From the NCBI GenBank assembly GCA_000165345.1, contig CM000429.1, forward strand, positions 288,001 through 352,000: a stretch of 64,000 nucleotides of DNA, written 5' to 3'. Shown here piece after piece: positions 31,284 to 41,573 of this stretch. The first letter of the stretch is position 1, and every line of letters starts with the position of its first letter. A program made the translations under genes and the position numbers. Below the pieces are notes generated by a model. That model saw nothing but the letters and a program-made list of their open reading frames with translations. It was not told where the DNA came from and searched no databases.

Positions 31284-31923
31284 ATGGGAAATAGGATTTC
31301 TATTGATGATTCAATATTTGAACTCAAGCTACAGAAAAAGGAGCTAGAGAGACAATACAATAAGAGAGATAGAGATTCAAAGAGCGAAAGGAAGAAAGCT
31401 AAGGATGCTATAATTTCCGGCAAGGCAGACCTCTCTAAGTAAGTTTAAAATAACTACAATTTTTAACCATTGCCTCTTGTTTATAACGTCTCCAAATTAT
31501 TATTCTGATAGGATTTATGCAGAGAACTCACTAAGAATGCAGGAAGAATGTAAAGAACTTCTTATCATGATCTCCAAACTAGATCGACTCTGCGCCAGAC
31601 TAGAAAAAGCATCATCAAAGGAAAAAATTTCAACACAGCTTTTAGATATTATGCCAAAATTGAAAAAGCAACTTTCCGAAGAAGGAGTTATGGGATACTC
31701 AAATATGGGCAAGATCAAAGAAATCGGCCAGCTACTTAATACTATTGAAGATTCCCAGCCCGAAACAGTTGGGGAGAATGTGGGTAAAGAAAAATGCATG
31801 CATGCAGAAGACTCTGTTGAAAGACTGCTAGATGAGCTTTTAAATGAACATGCTATGGAAATTGATCTGGCAATATCCTCAAAAACTGAAATTAATGAGT
31901 TACTGGAAGAAAAGTTAGAGTAA
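31284..31923 (+). CDS. CHMP1: ESCRT-III subunit CHMP1/Did2 (Snf7 family), two exons
   Basis: Exon 1 is 31284-31438 (MGNRISIDDSIFELKLQKKELERQYNKRDRDSKSERKKAKDAIISGKADLS). The intron is 31439-31511 (GTAAGT…GATAG, 73 nt). Exon 2 is 31512-31923 (…KIYAENSLRMQEECKELLIMISKLDRLCARLEKASS…). The join matches CHMP1 residue-for-residue in register (…ARVYAENAIRKKNE…LRMASRVDAV…). Track ORFs 31140..31442 and 31477..31923 are the two halves. Confidence 0.75.
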
Positions 31924-32555
31924 AGCTATTGAATGAGTTTTAAAGCAACTTTAAAGCTTTAAATATATATATTAATTATTGGCGAGTGTTTTTTAAAAAA
32001 AAAATTGTTTAGCTTTTAAACTTCATTCTCAAACTTATCGTTTATCCTCCTCGGATTATTGTCGAAATTGTATCAATATTTTTTTAAAAAGTGTCCACAT
32101 GAAATTTTTTAAAAAATTAAATTTTAAAAATCTGGTCTATTTAGATAGCTATATGGTAATTGAGAGAAGAATGCCTTTCAGTTTAGAATTAGAATAGCTA
32201 AGAAAATTCAACATTATTTATTTTTGGTTAGAAGGGATTTAATTGAAAGCTACATACTTCAGGCTAATTTTGTGTGCATAATTGTATTTTTTTTTTGTTA
32301 CTGAATTGGTGCCGGCAATATTAAGAGGGGAAATCAAACGACATTGTTTAATTAAAAAATCCAATTTTCTTGAAAAAGAAAATTGGGAATATTAATTAAT
32401 TAGTTAGTAAGTATAAATATTAATAAGTAATTATTCATATTCATATTTGTCTATTTTATCGAGTTATTACTTTAGTAAACTTAATATTAAAGGATAGTCG
32501 AAAATAGAAAGGAGGAATCTGGTACTAGTAGCTCTGGTAGGTGTAATATGATAAT

Positions 32556-34979
32556 ATGAAACAAGATTTAACAGTTGTTAAAAGGATAAAGATTGAAGAG
32601 AAATGTAAAAAAGTGGGTAATCTAGATATTAAATACGAACCAGAGACGGATATCGAAAACAAAGCCGGTTATATGAACTCAGAAAAATATACATCATTGT
32701 TCGATGGCTCTGATAGAGATGATGAGGATCTTAATAGAGGATTTAAGCGCTTGGTTCGAAGAAAGAGAAGTGCTAGAAATCTCTCTGATTCATCCAGTGT
32801 ATCCTCTTCATCTATTGAATCTATTGGAAAAAGCGATTTTACAGATTTAGAAAACAGCTCTCAAGATGATCAAACTTTTGAAGAAAAAGAAGCAAAGAGG
32901 TTAAGGGAATTAATGCAGAGAGAAGAAGATGCTCTATCTTTCTGCTTGGATATTTCTTCGAAGATGAAAGAGGGGATTGTCGACTTTTTTGTAGGAAATA
33001 ATGCAGACAATGAAACTAAAAAGCAGATTACCGACAATATTAAGAATGGGCATTGTAATATTAGTAAACTTACAGAGGAATTGAAAAAAAGTGAAATATT
33101 TGAGTATATCAACTCTTTTGGTGATACTAGATTGAAGGAATACCAAATAGTTGGAGTCTCATGGCTTTTGGCTTTGCATCAGAATTCATATAATGGCATT
33201 CTTGCCGATGAAATGGGGTTAGGTAAGACTGCTCAAACTTGTGTTTGGTTGCAATATCTATTTGATTCTGGAAAGTTGGTAAAACCCGTAATAATTAGTT
33301 GTCCTGCTTCCTTATTAGATAATTGGACAAAGGAAGTATCTATTTGGGCCCCAAGAATTAGAGCTGTAAAGTACCATGGATCTCAAAAGGAAAGACGCCA
33401 AATCGCCGACCAACTTTTTGAGGAATATGAGGAATCTAGAGTGGATGTAATTATCACCACTTTCCAAATGCTCAGCAATAAGATGGACATTAATATGGCT
33501 TTCAAACACTTTGAATTTTCATATATGATAGTAGATGAGGCTCATAACATCAAAAATTCGGCTTCTCAAAGGTATAAATCCATGAGTAGGAAGATCCAAT
33601 CTGAGAGAAAGCTGTTATTGACTGGAACTCCAATATCCAACTCTATTTCAGAGCTTAGTAATATGCTTATCTTCTTGATGCCAGAGGTATTCAATTCTGA
33701 TCTGCTAGAGGATGCGTATAATAGTTATAAGCGCAAGATTTCAAATAGAGAAAAGCTTGATGAAGCTAACTCTGAGGTATTGTTCCTCCAACAGATTATT
33801 GCTCCCTTTGTACTCAGGAGGTCTAAGCAGGACGTACTATCCTGCTTGCCTAAGAAGCACACCTTTATCGAATTCTGTGAGCTAACTAAAATACAAAAGA
33901 AACAGTATGATAATGAAATTGGACGTATATATATGGAAAAAGACTCAGTAAATGATTCAAAAGATTCAAATATGCTTGATAAGGACTCCAACCAAGAATC
34001 TTCAGATGAGAAGAAGCTAATTAACTTAATTGAAAGAAAGATCCAAGATAAGGTAAACAGCCACTTTGGAGATTCAGCTTCTGCTGAGAATGAAAAGGAA
34101 TCTGAAGACGATAATCTTAACTCAAATGATCTAAAAACAGGTTTACAAGACTACGATCAAGATCAGGAACAAGCTGAACAAGTAAAATCTCGTGAAGGAG
34201 GAAAACATCACTACGACCCAAAATACGTAAATTCGATTATATTCAGGATGAGAAGGATTTGTAACCATACCCTTTTACACCAGGGCCACTATACTAGCAA
34301 GCAAATAGAAGAGCTTGTGGACTACTTGTCAGATAATGTGGATGAATTCAAAGGGTACTCTAGGATTAAAGTAGAACAATATATTACTCAGCTCTGTGAC
34401 TATGAGATTCATCAGCTTGTTTCTAGACTTTTAATAGTGAAGAACTCCCCATTACTTGAGAGATTTAGGATTGATGATGAACTAATTATTAATGGGAGCT
34501 GTAAGCTAAAGAAAATGAACGAAATTATCCAAAGCACAGTAATCGAGAACAAGGAAAAGTGCCTTATTTTTTGCCATCACACAATGCTACTCGATATTAT
34601 CGAAGAGTATATAAAGATTAAGTATAACATTCCTGACTTCTACTTGAGATTGGACGGGACAACTCCCATACTTGAAAGACAAAATATGATAGAGAAATTT
34701 CAGACTACTCAGGTTCCGTTGTTTCTTTTGTCAACAAAGGCAGCCGGGCAAGGCCTGAATCTTACAGTTGCATCATCTGTTATTATGATGGACCTTGACT
34801 ACAACCCCCAAATAGAAAAACAAGCAGAGGATAGAGTTCACAGAATAGGCCAAAGCAAACAAGTGAAAATCTTTAAGTTGGTTTGCAAGGATACTATAGA
34901 AGAAAATATCTTTAATTGCTGCCAATCCAAGCTAACTTTAGACAACGCCTTTGGGGGGAGGAATCAAAGACAGTTCTAA
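32556..34979 (+). CDS. SNF2-family chromatin-remodelling ATPase (Fun30/SMARCAD1-like), acidic N-terminus and long insert between the RecA lobes
   Basis: LKEYQIVGVSWLLALHQNSYNGILADEMGLGKTAQT (motif I), MIVDEAHNIKN (DEAH box), then a low-complexity insert, then helicase-C LSTKAAGQGLNLTVASSVIMMDLDYNPQIEKQAEDRVHRIGQSKQVKIF. Confidence 0.75.
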   Translation: MKQDLTVVKRIKIEEKCKKVGNLDIKYEPETDIENKAGYMNSEKYTSLFDGSDRDDEDLNRGFKRLVRRKRSARNLSDSSSVSSSSIESIGKSDFTDLENSSQDDQTFEEKEAKRLRELMQREEDALSFCLDISSKMKEGIVDFFVGNNADNETKKQITDNIKNGHCNISKLTEELKKSEIFEYINSFGDTRLKEYQIVGVSWLLALHQNSYNGILADEMGLGKTAQTCVWLQYLFDSGKLVKPVIISCPASLLDNWTKEVSIWAPRIRAVKYHGSQKERRQIADQLFEEYEESRVDVIITTFQMLSNKMDINMAFKHFEFSYMIVDEAHNIKNSASQRYKSMSRKIQSERKLLLTGTPISNSISELSNMLIFLMPEVFNSDLLEDAYNSYKRKISNREKLDEANSEVLFLQQIIAPFVLRRSKQDVLSCLPKKHTFIEFCELTKIQKKQYDNEIGRIYMEKDSVNDSKDSNMLDKDSNQESSDEKKLINLIERKIQDKVNSHFGDSASAENEKESEDDNLNSNDLKTGLQDYDQDQEQAEQVKSREGGKHHYDPKYVNSIIFRMRRICNHTLLHQGHYTSKQIEELVDYLSDNVDEFKGYSRIKVEQYITQLCDYEIHQLVSRLLIVKNSPLLERFRIDDELIINGSCKLKKMNEIIQSTVIENKEKCLIFCHHTMLLDIIEEYIKIKYNIPDFYLRLDGTTPILERQNMIEKFQTTQVPLFLLSTKAAGQGLNLTVASSVIMMDLDYNPQIEKQAEDRVHRIGQSKQVKIFKLVCKDTIEENIFNCCQSKLTLDNAFGGRNQRQF

Positions 34980-37900
34980 CTCCTTTCTACCTCACTAGGC
35001 AATAGCTTATCTTCTGTATTATCGTCAAACATAATAGTAGTGCTATTTTCAACATTTTGCTGATCTCTTTCTTCCAATAGTATTTCTCCTGAATCTGTTA
35101 AATATTCATATTCGAAGTTTTGGATATCCTCATCGAGCAAAATAGAGGAAATTTCTGATTTGACCTGGTTAGACAGCATTAAGTGGTTTTCTATGAATTC
35201 CTTAATATTTGGGAATCTTCTGTATAAGATTCCCACCATTTCTAGAAGAGCAAAATAATCAGAAGTATCAACCGGCTTGTCAATAGCTACATCTTTTCTC
35301 TCAGAACAACCCTTATTTTGCTCAGATTCATCTTTATTAGTTGAAACATTTCTCAAAGCTTCCTGGGATTCCATATAAGCCTTAACTAAGACATTTATCT
35401 CTTCCTGCTTCTTTTTTATAATCTTGATTAAATTCTTTCGATCATTCAACATTTTCTCAGTTAAGTAGATACAGTTGACACACTCATCTTCGCTCTTCAT
35501 CAATATTTCCTGCTCTTTTGAAACAAAAATCTCATGATCAATTTTGTCTTTAAAGCTAAGGTCCTCTTTTGAGTAAATACCTCTATTTCCCGCGCAATTC
35601 AGAATTGCATGTAATATGCATGCATGAGTTTGTTTATTGAGTACAAAGCTACTATAATAATGAGTTTTGAACCTTTTATTAATTTGATTGAGGATATTGG
35701 TATTTTTTAAAGCTCCAAATCTGAACAATAGGACGGAAATAACATCAGAGATAAGTGAGCAAGAGTCCTTGTTAAGTTGAGTTTTAAGTTTTTCATCAAG
35801 AAGCTTTATGCTTTGAATAAAAGAATTTGAGATCTCAAAATCTGGGTTTTTAATGTTAAATGCAATAAGGGAGATTATCACTTGAGTTAAAGTAGTCATA
35901 GTATTGAAAACATGAGAGTTTTTATTCATCTGTATGTTTTCATCTTCGTTCTTAGTTCCATAAGCTTTAATTAAGTTCAGAAGCAAAGTATTATATTCAG
36001 TTTCCAGTGCTTCTAATATATCCGTAATCATCGGTCTCCCAAGGTCTATAAGCTTTCCAAAAACCTCTTTTTGGGAAGAATTTGATGAATTTTGTACCTT
36101 AACATTATCAGATTGTTCATTTTCCCATATTTTATTAACCACTGAAGTAATATCATTAATTTTGAAATCTTTCTTAATTGAAAAGTGCAAACCATTCAAA
36201 ATGAGAATTTGTAATATCTGAATACATCTGAATAGTCTATAATGGAATATCTGTGTTAAATTAAGATTTGCTTCATCTTCTTGAGAGCTTTGAGAGCCAT
36301 CTTCAATTGCTAATTGAGTTTCCAATCTCAAGAAAACTGATTTATTATATAAACGCTGGAACTCTGTAATAGGGAACCAAAAACAAAATGAAATAAAATC
36401 TTTAAAAATCTTATCTTGAGAAGAGCCTATTTTGTCTAAAGAAAACGAGCCAAGATTTTGATCATTTATCAAAGATTTAAATACAGAATCATCTCTTGAA
36501 ATAAGTAGGCTCAAAGAAAAGGTTTTAGGTATAATAATAACTCCAAACCATTCTAGAAGACTATTTTCCATTTGGTTCATATACTTTTCTTTTAGCTCCT
36601 GTATTTGTTTTGCATGCTGTTCAATTTCAGATGACTTATTCTCAGTAATATAATCTATTGTAGGCTTGTAATCAGAAATAATCTTGCTAAATCCAAACCA
36701 AAGAGCAGGAGTTATACCAGAAGACAAGACCATAGAGCACCATTCTGGGTTATTAACTGGACTTTGATCTTGGAAAGTCAGTAAAAATTGTATCACTTTT
36801 TCTAAAAGTCCAAATTTTATTAAAACTGGACTAGCAATCATAGTGCATAAGATTTCTCTCATTTTCTCAGCCATATTTAGTGAGCTTCCTATGTTCATCG
36901 ATTGAATGTAAGAATTCGAGATTTCAACTACTCTTAATATAATAGATGCAAGGATCATATTTTGTTCATTTCCTATTAAGCTCTCATTACCTTGTACCAC
37001 ATCAACATTATACATTTCGCTGTTATAAAAACTATATTCAAGAAACAAGAAGCAAAACCCAATTAGATCAGTTATAATATCCAGAAATACTTGTTTTTCA
37101 TTACTCGCCTCCACGATAAACTTTAAGCAATTTTGGGACTTTGATATATGAAATATAATCTCAATGGAGATTTGTAGAATCTCAAGATTTGAGTACATTG
37201 GTGAACCAAAATCAGTAATTAACAAAAAGTCATCAATAATGTTATCAGATTGAATAAACCCTTTGTGGGGTCCGTCCTTTTTGATAAATTGTTGAGTTTC
37301 TTCTTGAATAATATTCAAAATCTTTGAAACTGAACCATTATAGGTGATCATTTTTTGTACCTCCGAATTCGACTTAGTTAAGAGCATTAATAGTTCAAGA
37401 GAGTTCTGTAAATAAGAACTACGATTATCTAAACCATCCATAATAAGCTCTAAAAGTATTCCCATGCAATCTCCTTGAGAAAGAATTATTTGATCCAGTT
37501 TAAAGTTTCCTAATCCGCTCTTTTGGATTATACTAAGAATCTTTACAACGTCATACTTAATATAAATGTCAGTTTCCTCATAATTTATATGTCTCAAAGT
37601 TTCAAGTAATTGGGTACCTCCTTTACTTACGTTTGCAACTTCCTCAATAATTTTTGCATTTTCGACCTCTATGGAACTTTCCTTATTTGGAAAGGGACTT
37701 GGAAAATCACAGCAACTTATAAACTTAGAATTACTTTTGTTATCATCAATCATCTTTATTATTAACTGAAGTATATTTGAAAGGATATTTTTGTTAATAT
37801 CATTCCCCATCCAGCTTATTACCCAAAATACTAATTGTACCCACTCTCTCTGTAAAATTAAGGCATTTCTATTTTTTTCTCCAAATTCCACTAGAGAATT

Positions 37901-38047
37901 AATCCCTGCCTCGACTTTTTCAGTATTTTTTGAAGTAATTGAATTCCTTACATCAGCTATAATATAGTCAACATCCAGTGAGGCATCCAGTAGAGAAACT
38001 GAATTCAACACTTTTTCATTGACTTTTCTCAATAGAGAAAATGCCAT
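34976..38047 (-). CDS. large conserved hypothetical protein (1023 aa), probably alpha-helical repeat
   Basis: Uninterrupted 1023-codon ORF with ATG at 38047. Its stop codon overlaps the stop codon of the convergent SNF2 gene (…CTAA… at 34976-34979). No confident family assignment. Confidence 0.55.
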   Translation of the reverse strand: MAFSLLRKVNEKVLNSVSLLDASLDVDYIIADVRNSITSKNTEKVEAGINSLVEFGEKNRNALILQREWVQLVFWVISWMGNDINKNILSNILQLIIKMIDDNKSNSKFISCCDFPSPFPNKESSIEVENAKIIEEVANVSKGGTQLLETLRHINYEETDIYIKYDVVKILSIIQKSGLGNFKLDQIILSQGDCMGILLELIMDGLDNRSSYLQNSLELLMLLTKSNSEVQKMITYNGSVSKILNIIQEETQQFIKKDGPHKGFIQSDNIIDDFLLITDFGSPMYSNLEILQISIEIIFHISKSQNCLKFIVEASNEKQVFLDIITDLIGFCFLFLEYSFYNSEMYNVDVVQGNESLIGNEQNMILASIILRVVEISNSYIQSMNIGSSLNMAEKMREILCTMIASPVLIKFGLLEKVIQFLLTFQDQSPVNNPEWCSMVLSSGITPALWFGFSKIISDYKPTIDYITENKSSEIEQHAKQIQELKEKYMNQMENSLLEWFGVIIIPKTFSLSLLISRDDSVFKSLINDQNLGSFSLDKIGSSQDKIFKDFISFCFWFPITEFQRLYNKSVFLRLETQLAIEDGSQSSQEDEANLNLTQIFHYRLFRCIQILQILILNGLHFSIKKDFKINDITSVVNKIWENEQSDNVKVQNSSNSSQKEVFGKLIDLGRPMITDILEALETEYNTLLLNLIKAYGTKNEDENIQMNKNSHVFNTMTTLTQVIISLIAFNIKNPDFEISNSFIQSIKLLDEKLKTQLNKDSCSLISDVISVLLFRFGALKNTNILNQINKRFKTHYYSSFVLNKQTHACILHAILNCAGNRGIYSKEDLSFKDKIDHEIFVSKEQEILMKSEDECVNCIYLTEKMLNDRKNLIKIIKKKQEEINVLVKAYMESQEALRNVSTNKDESEQNKGCSERKDVAIDKPVDTSDYFALLEMVGILYRRFPNIKEFIENHLMLSNQVKSEISSILLDEDIQNFEYEYLTDSGEILLEERDQQNVENSTTIMFDDNTEDKLLPSEVERS

Positions 38048-38147
38048 CTTTGTTACAATCAGTGATTAAAGCTGCAGAATCCTATTCGACTTCTTTCTCA
38101 TTTCAACCTTGTATTTATTTATCTTGAAAAAAAAAAACTCCACGTAA

Positions 38148-38159
38148 GTGGCGCGCAAA
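38148..38159. promoter_or_regulatory. E2F-like GTGGCGCGCAAA in the divergent spacer before the ABC transporter gene
   Basis: Variant of the motif with a GCGCGC core. Confidence 0.4.
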
Positions 38160-38310
38160 CCAATGAAATAAATACTAGAAAATAATATTGTTTGGAATTA
38201 AGATAAATAAGTCTGGTTATAATATTTATCAAATGGAAATAAATAATGCGGAGATTTGTCATCGGAACTAAAAGCTTTTGAAATTCTGAATTCATAATTT
38301 GGTCATTGTG

Positions 38311-40623
38311 ATGTGGGCTTTTACTCAGAAAGCTTCCAACTTAAAAATCTTGAAACCCCATCCTTTTGTTTTGAATAGGTCAACTAAATATGGAATTCTT
38401 TATTTGGGAGTGTTTGCAACCTCAATTAGAGGAAAGAGGGCTTTTTTTTCTTCAGAGTCTAATTTTGCACAAGGCAATTGCATGCATGCAATGACAACTT
38501 CAACCTTTAAAAATAAGGACCTTGCGAAAGAAAACAAGCTTGTGAATATACTAAAGAAAAGTAGATTTATTCAAGAAAAGGATTCAAAAAATATTGAAAT
38601 CCTGACTAAATATTTATGGCCAAAAAATAGGGAATATAGAAAAAGAATCATCTTTTCTTTATTAAGCTTAGGTGTTGCTAAGCTTGCCACAATTCAAGTT
38701 CCATTATTGCTTTCAAGACTTATTGACAATGTAGGAGCTATTAGCTCTTCAAATCTTTCTTTATCTCTTACTAACAAACTCAATGTTCTCTTCTTAATTA
38801 GCTCTTATGGTATCGCAAGAATCTCTTCTTCTGGGTTTAATGAGCTTAGAAACGCCCTTTTTTCTGAAGTTAGTCAATATGCATGCAAGGATTTATCGCT
38901 AAAGGCCTTCCACCATTTTCACAATGTTAGTAATTTGAGTTTTATTCAAAGTCATAGATCTGGGGAACTCCTAACTATAATTACAAGAGGATTTAAGTCC
39001 GTATCTAAATTGCTTAATATAATGATATTTCAGATCATTCCCACTACTGCAGAATTCCTAATGGTTTTAGGGATTCTTCTTCACAAAGTTGGTTCTGAAG
39101 TAGCACTGATTACACTAGCAACAATGGTAGCTTATATGGACTTTACTAGAAGAATTACCCATAAAAGAACTATTTACAGAAAAAACATGAACACCTCCGA
39201 ACAAAAATCGAATGGTCTCTTAAGCGATTCTCTAATCAATGCAGAAACTCTTAAATATCTGAATGGTGAGAAATATATCTATGATCTCTATTCAAAATAC
39301 CAGGAAATATATAAGAATTCGAATGTTAAGGTACAAACATCCCTGGCATTTTTAAATTTTGGCCAGAATTTCATATTTACAGGAGGACTTTTATCAGCAA
39401 TGTTGATAACCACAAACAAAGTTTTAGCAGGAACGTTACCTATTGGTTCCATTGTACTTGTAACTTCTCTTTTATTCCAACTTGCTATTCCTTTAAACTT
39501 TATTGGTATGATTTACAGAGAGTCAAAATTAACTTTGATTGACTTAAGCAAGTTAAATGAGTATCTAACCATAAAGCCAAAAAATTCTTCAAATTCTCAA
39601 TGTAGAACTATACAACTGAATCCAAAAACTAAAGTTTTAGACTTTTACAAAGAAATGAACCTCAATGGAACCGGCTCAAGTTCTAAAAAGAATTCAATTA
39701 AATTGGAAAACGTTTCTTTCGGTTTTCCATCGACTTTTGGAAATGAACATACATATATTGAAACCTCGAACTCTTCTGATGATTTAGTTGTGAATGATCT
39801 TTCTCTTGAAATTCCATTAGGAAAAAGAATGGGATTTGTTGGATCTTCTGGCAGTGGAAAAACAACTTTAGCAAAGCTGATATATAGAATATTCGAGCCA
39901 AACTCAGGAAAGATTCGAATCTTTGGAAAAGAAATTGAAGATTATGAAATAAATGAATATAGAAATTGCTTTGCAGTACTCCCTCAAGAAGTTCTACTAC
40001 TTAATATGAGTATTATCGACAATTTAAAAATTGCAAATAACAACGCAACTCTGGATGAGATTAAGTCAGCATGTAAACTTGCTGGAGTTCATGAGAACAT
40101 TTTGAAGATGAAGAATGGATATGAAACCATTGTAGGTGAAAGAGGATGTAGCTTATCAGGAGGTGAAAAGCAAAGATTAGGTTTTGCTAGGATGTTAATT
40201 AAAAAATCGCCCATTTGGATTCTAGATGAACCTACCAGTGCTTTGGATTTAATAAACCACAATTTCATGGTAAAAATGCTTTCATTTCTCCATGAATACT
40301 CTCTATCAACCTCAAATTCTGTAAATTTAAATGATAAATATGATTTAGGATCTAAATATAAGGATATATTTAGCCTAATACCTTACGTTAAAGATAAGAA
40401 AGAAATTCAAAGCATTAAGAAGCTTATAGATGATATTGTAAAGCTGCCATTAACTATCATTGTAATAGCTCACAGACTCTCCAGTGTCCGTAACTTTGAT
40501 TTAATAGCATATTTGGAAGAAGGAAATGTCAAAGAGGTTGGAAATCACGACCAACTTATTGAAAATAAAATGCAATACTACCAGCTTTGGAACAAACAAC
40601 ATATCGACAGCATACTAAAGTAG
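38311..40623 (+). CDS. ABCB half-transporter, ATM1/ABCB7-like (TMD-NBD)
   Basis: …TKYLWPKNREYRKRIIFSLLSLGVAKLATIQVPLLLSRLID (ATM1-type LWP start of TMD), Walker A GSSGSGKTT, signature LSGGEKQR, Walker B ILDEPTSALD, with a low-complexity insert in the NBD before the H-loop. The track start 38299 is TTG; the first ATG is 38311. Later ATGs at 38488/38497 are alternative starts; the N-terminal segment is basic and non-acidic, as in organellar presequences. Confidence 0.7.
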   Translation: MWAFTQKASNLKILKPHPFVLNRSTKYGILYLGVFATSIRGKRAFFSSESNFAQGNCMHAMTTSTFKNKDLAKENKLVNILKKSRFIQEKDSKNIEILTKYLWPKNREYRKRIIFSLLSLGVAKLATIQVPLLLSRLIDNVGAISSSNLSLSLTNKLNVLFLISSYGIARISSSGFNELRNALFSEVSQYACKDLSLKAFHHFHNVSNLSFIQSHRSGELLTIITRGFKSVSKLLNIMIFQIIPTTAEFLMVLGILLHKVGSEVALITLATMVAYMDFTRRITHKRTIYRKNMNTSEQKSNGLLSDSLINAETLKYLNGEKYIYDLYSKYQEIYKNSNVKVQTSLAFLNFGQNFIFTGGLLSAMLITTNKVLAGTLPIGSIVLVTSLLFQLAIPLNFIGMIYRESKLTLIDLSKLNEYLTIKPKNSSNSQCRTIQLNPKTKVLDFYKEMNLNGTGSSSKKNSIKLENVSFGFPSTFGNEHTYIETSNSSDDLVVNDLSLEIPLGKRMGFVGSSGSGKTTLAKLIYRIFEPNSGKIRIFGKEIEDYEINEYRNCFAVLPQEVLLLNMSIIDNLKIANNNATLDEIKSACKLAGVHENILKMKNGYETIVGERGCSLSGGEKQRLGFARMLIKKSPIWILDEPTSALDLINHNFMVKMLSFLHEYSLSTSNSVNLNDKYDLGSKYKDIFSLIPYVKDKKEIQSIKKLIDDIVKLPLTIIVIAHRLSSVRNFDLIAYLEEGNVKEVGNHDQLIENKMQYYQLWNKQHIDSILK

Positions 40624-40651
40624 TATATAAATAGTTTAATCTCTAACCTAA

Positions 40652-41197
40652 TTAATTATTAAGTGTGTATATTCTTTCTAGAGTTTTTATAAAACCTTGT
40701 TTACTTGATATTTTACTCAGTGGGATATTCTTACTGATCTTTTTCGGAACCTTAATCTGTGCTGATTTACAAATATCCATATTTACTTTTACTAAAGGAG
40801 CCTTAAATGGTCTTATAAGGTTTTTCTTAACAAGAGAATTTTTGTTATCATCATTGTTTTCCGGTGATTTTGGAGGAGTCTTATTAGGAATACCTTTTGA
40901 AACAGACGATGTATTTGCATCCAAATCTTCATCTACTACTAGTTCAACCTCTTCAATTGCTTCTTCATTTACAAGCTCTATTAAATGTCCTGGAAAGCTA
41001 ATTTTTGAAATGTTTATTTTCTGAACATGAGAAGAAAAAGATTCTACAATATCACCTTTATATCCATTTTCGTCAGTCTTATACAAAGAAATTCGGTTAA
41101 TCCCTTTGATATTATCTATTACTACCACTCCATCATGCCATGTTTTTGTCTTCTGAGTTTTTTGTCGTGTATAAAGTACCTCAAATTGCTTCTTCAT
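40652..41197 (-). CDS. DUF2439-domain protein (ZGRF1/Mte1 N-terminal-domain family)
   Basis: From the internal ATG at 41197: MKKQFEVLYTRQKTQKTKTWHDGVVVIDNIKGINRISLYKTDENGYKGDIV… matches the ZGRF1/Mte1 N-terminal DUF2439 signature (…VLYTHQK.KKSK.WQDGILKI…). The track start at 41224 is GTG. Confidence 0.55.
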   Translation of the reverse strand: MKKQFEVLYTRQKTQKTKTWHDGVVVIDNIKGINRISLYKTDENGYKGDIVESFSSHVQKINISKISFPGHLIELVNEEAIEEVELVVDEDLDANTSSVSKGIPNKTPPKSPENNDDNKNSLVKKNLIRPFKAPLVKVNMDICKSAQIKVPKKISKNIPLSKISSKQGFIKTLERIYTLNN

Positions 41198-41541
41198 AGT
41201 TAATTTACAATATTTTATCACCAAAACATATAACTTAAATTTATTATTGAAATCGATAAATTATATATAAGCCAATATTAATCTGAACTGTCCTAGACAA
41301 CAGTATAAATGCCGATGAGAAATAACCATAAAATTGTCTGTATTCCTTATTCAAGCCATATACTTTGTAAATAAATGTTATTAATATTCTATAATTATCA
41401 AATAGTCTTAAAAAAAGAAAGGTTAAACAACCTAAGGCTTCTCTAAAGTTAAATTTTTCGAAATATTGATGTTTGTGGATCCCCAAGATTTTTATTTATA
41501 ATTTTTTTTTAATAAAAAAAATCAATAAATTGTGTGGGGAG

Positions 41542-41573
41542 TTGGCACTTGCATGCATGCAAAACTTTGGCAC
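41542..41573. promoter_or_regulatory. composite element TTGGCAC-tt-GCATGCATGCA-aaac-TTTGGCAC, upstream of the DUF2439 gene
   Basis: A double TGCATGCA (AP2-type) box flanked by two direct TTGGCAC half-sites. Confidence 0.45.

Noticed and set aside
38144-38149. Plus-strand GTAAGT 150 nt upstream of the ABC transporter ORF, and minus-strand GTAAGT at 52113-52118 upstream of Mre11, as possible 5'-UTR introns or microexons
   Set aside because: There is no adjacent ATG-containing exon that joins in frame to the downstream ORF and no obvious acceptor. They are probably chance hexamers, and untestable without transcript data.
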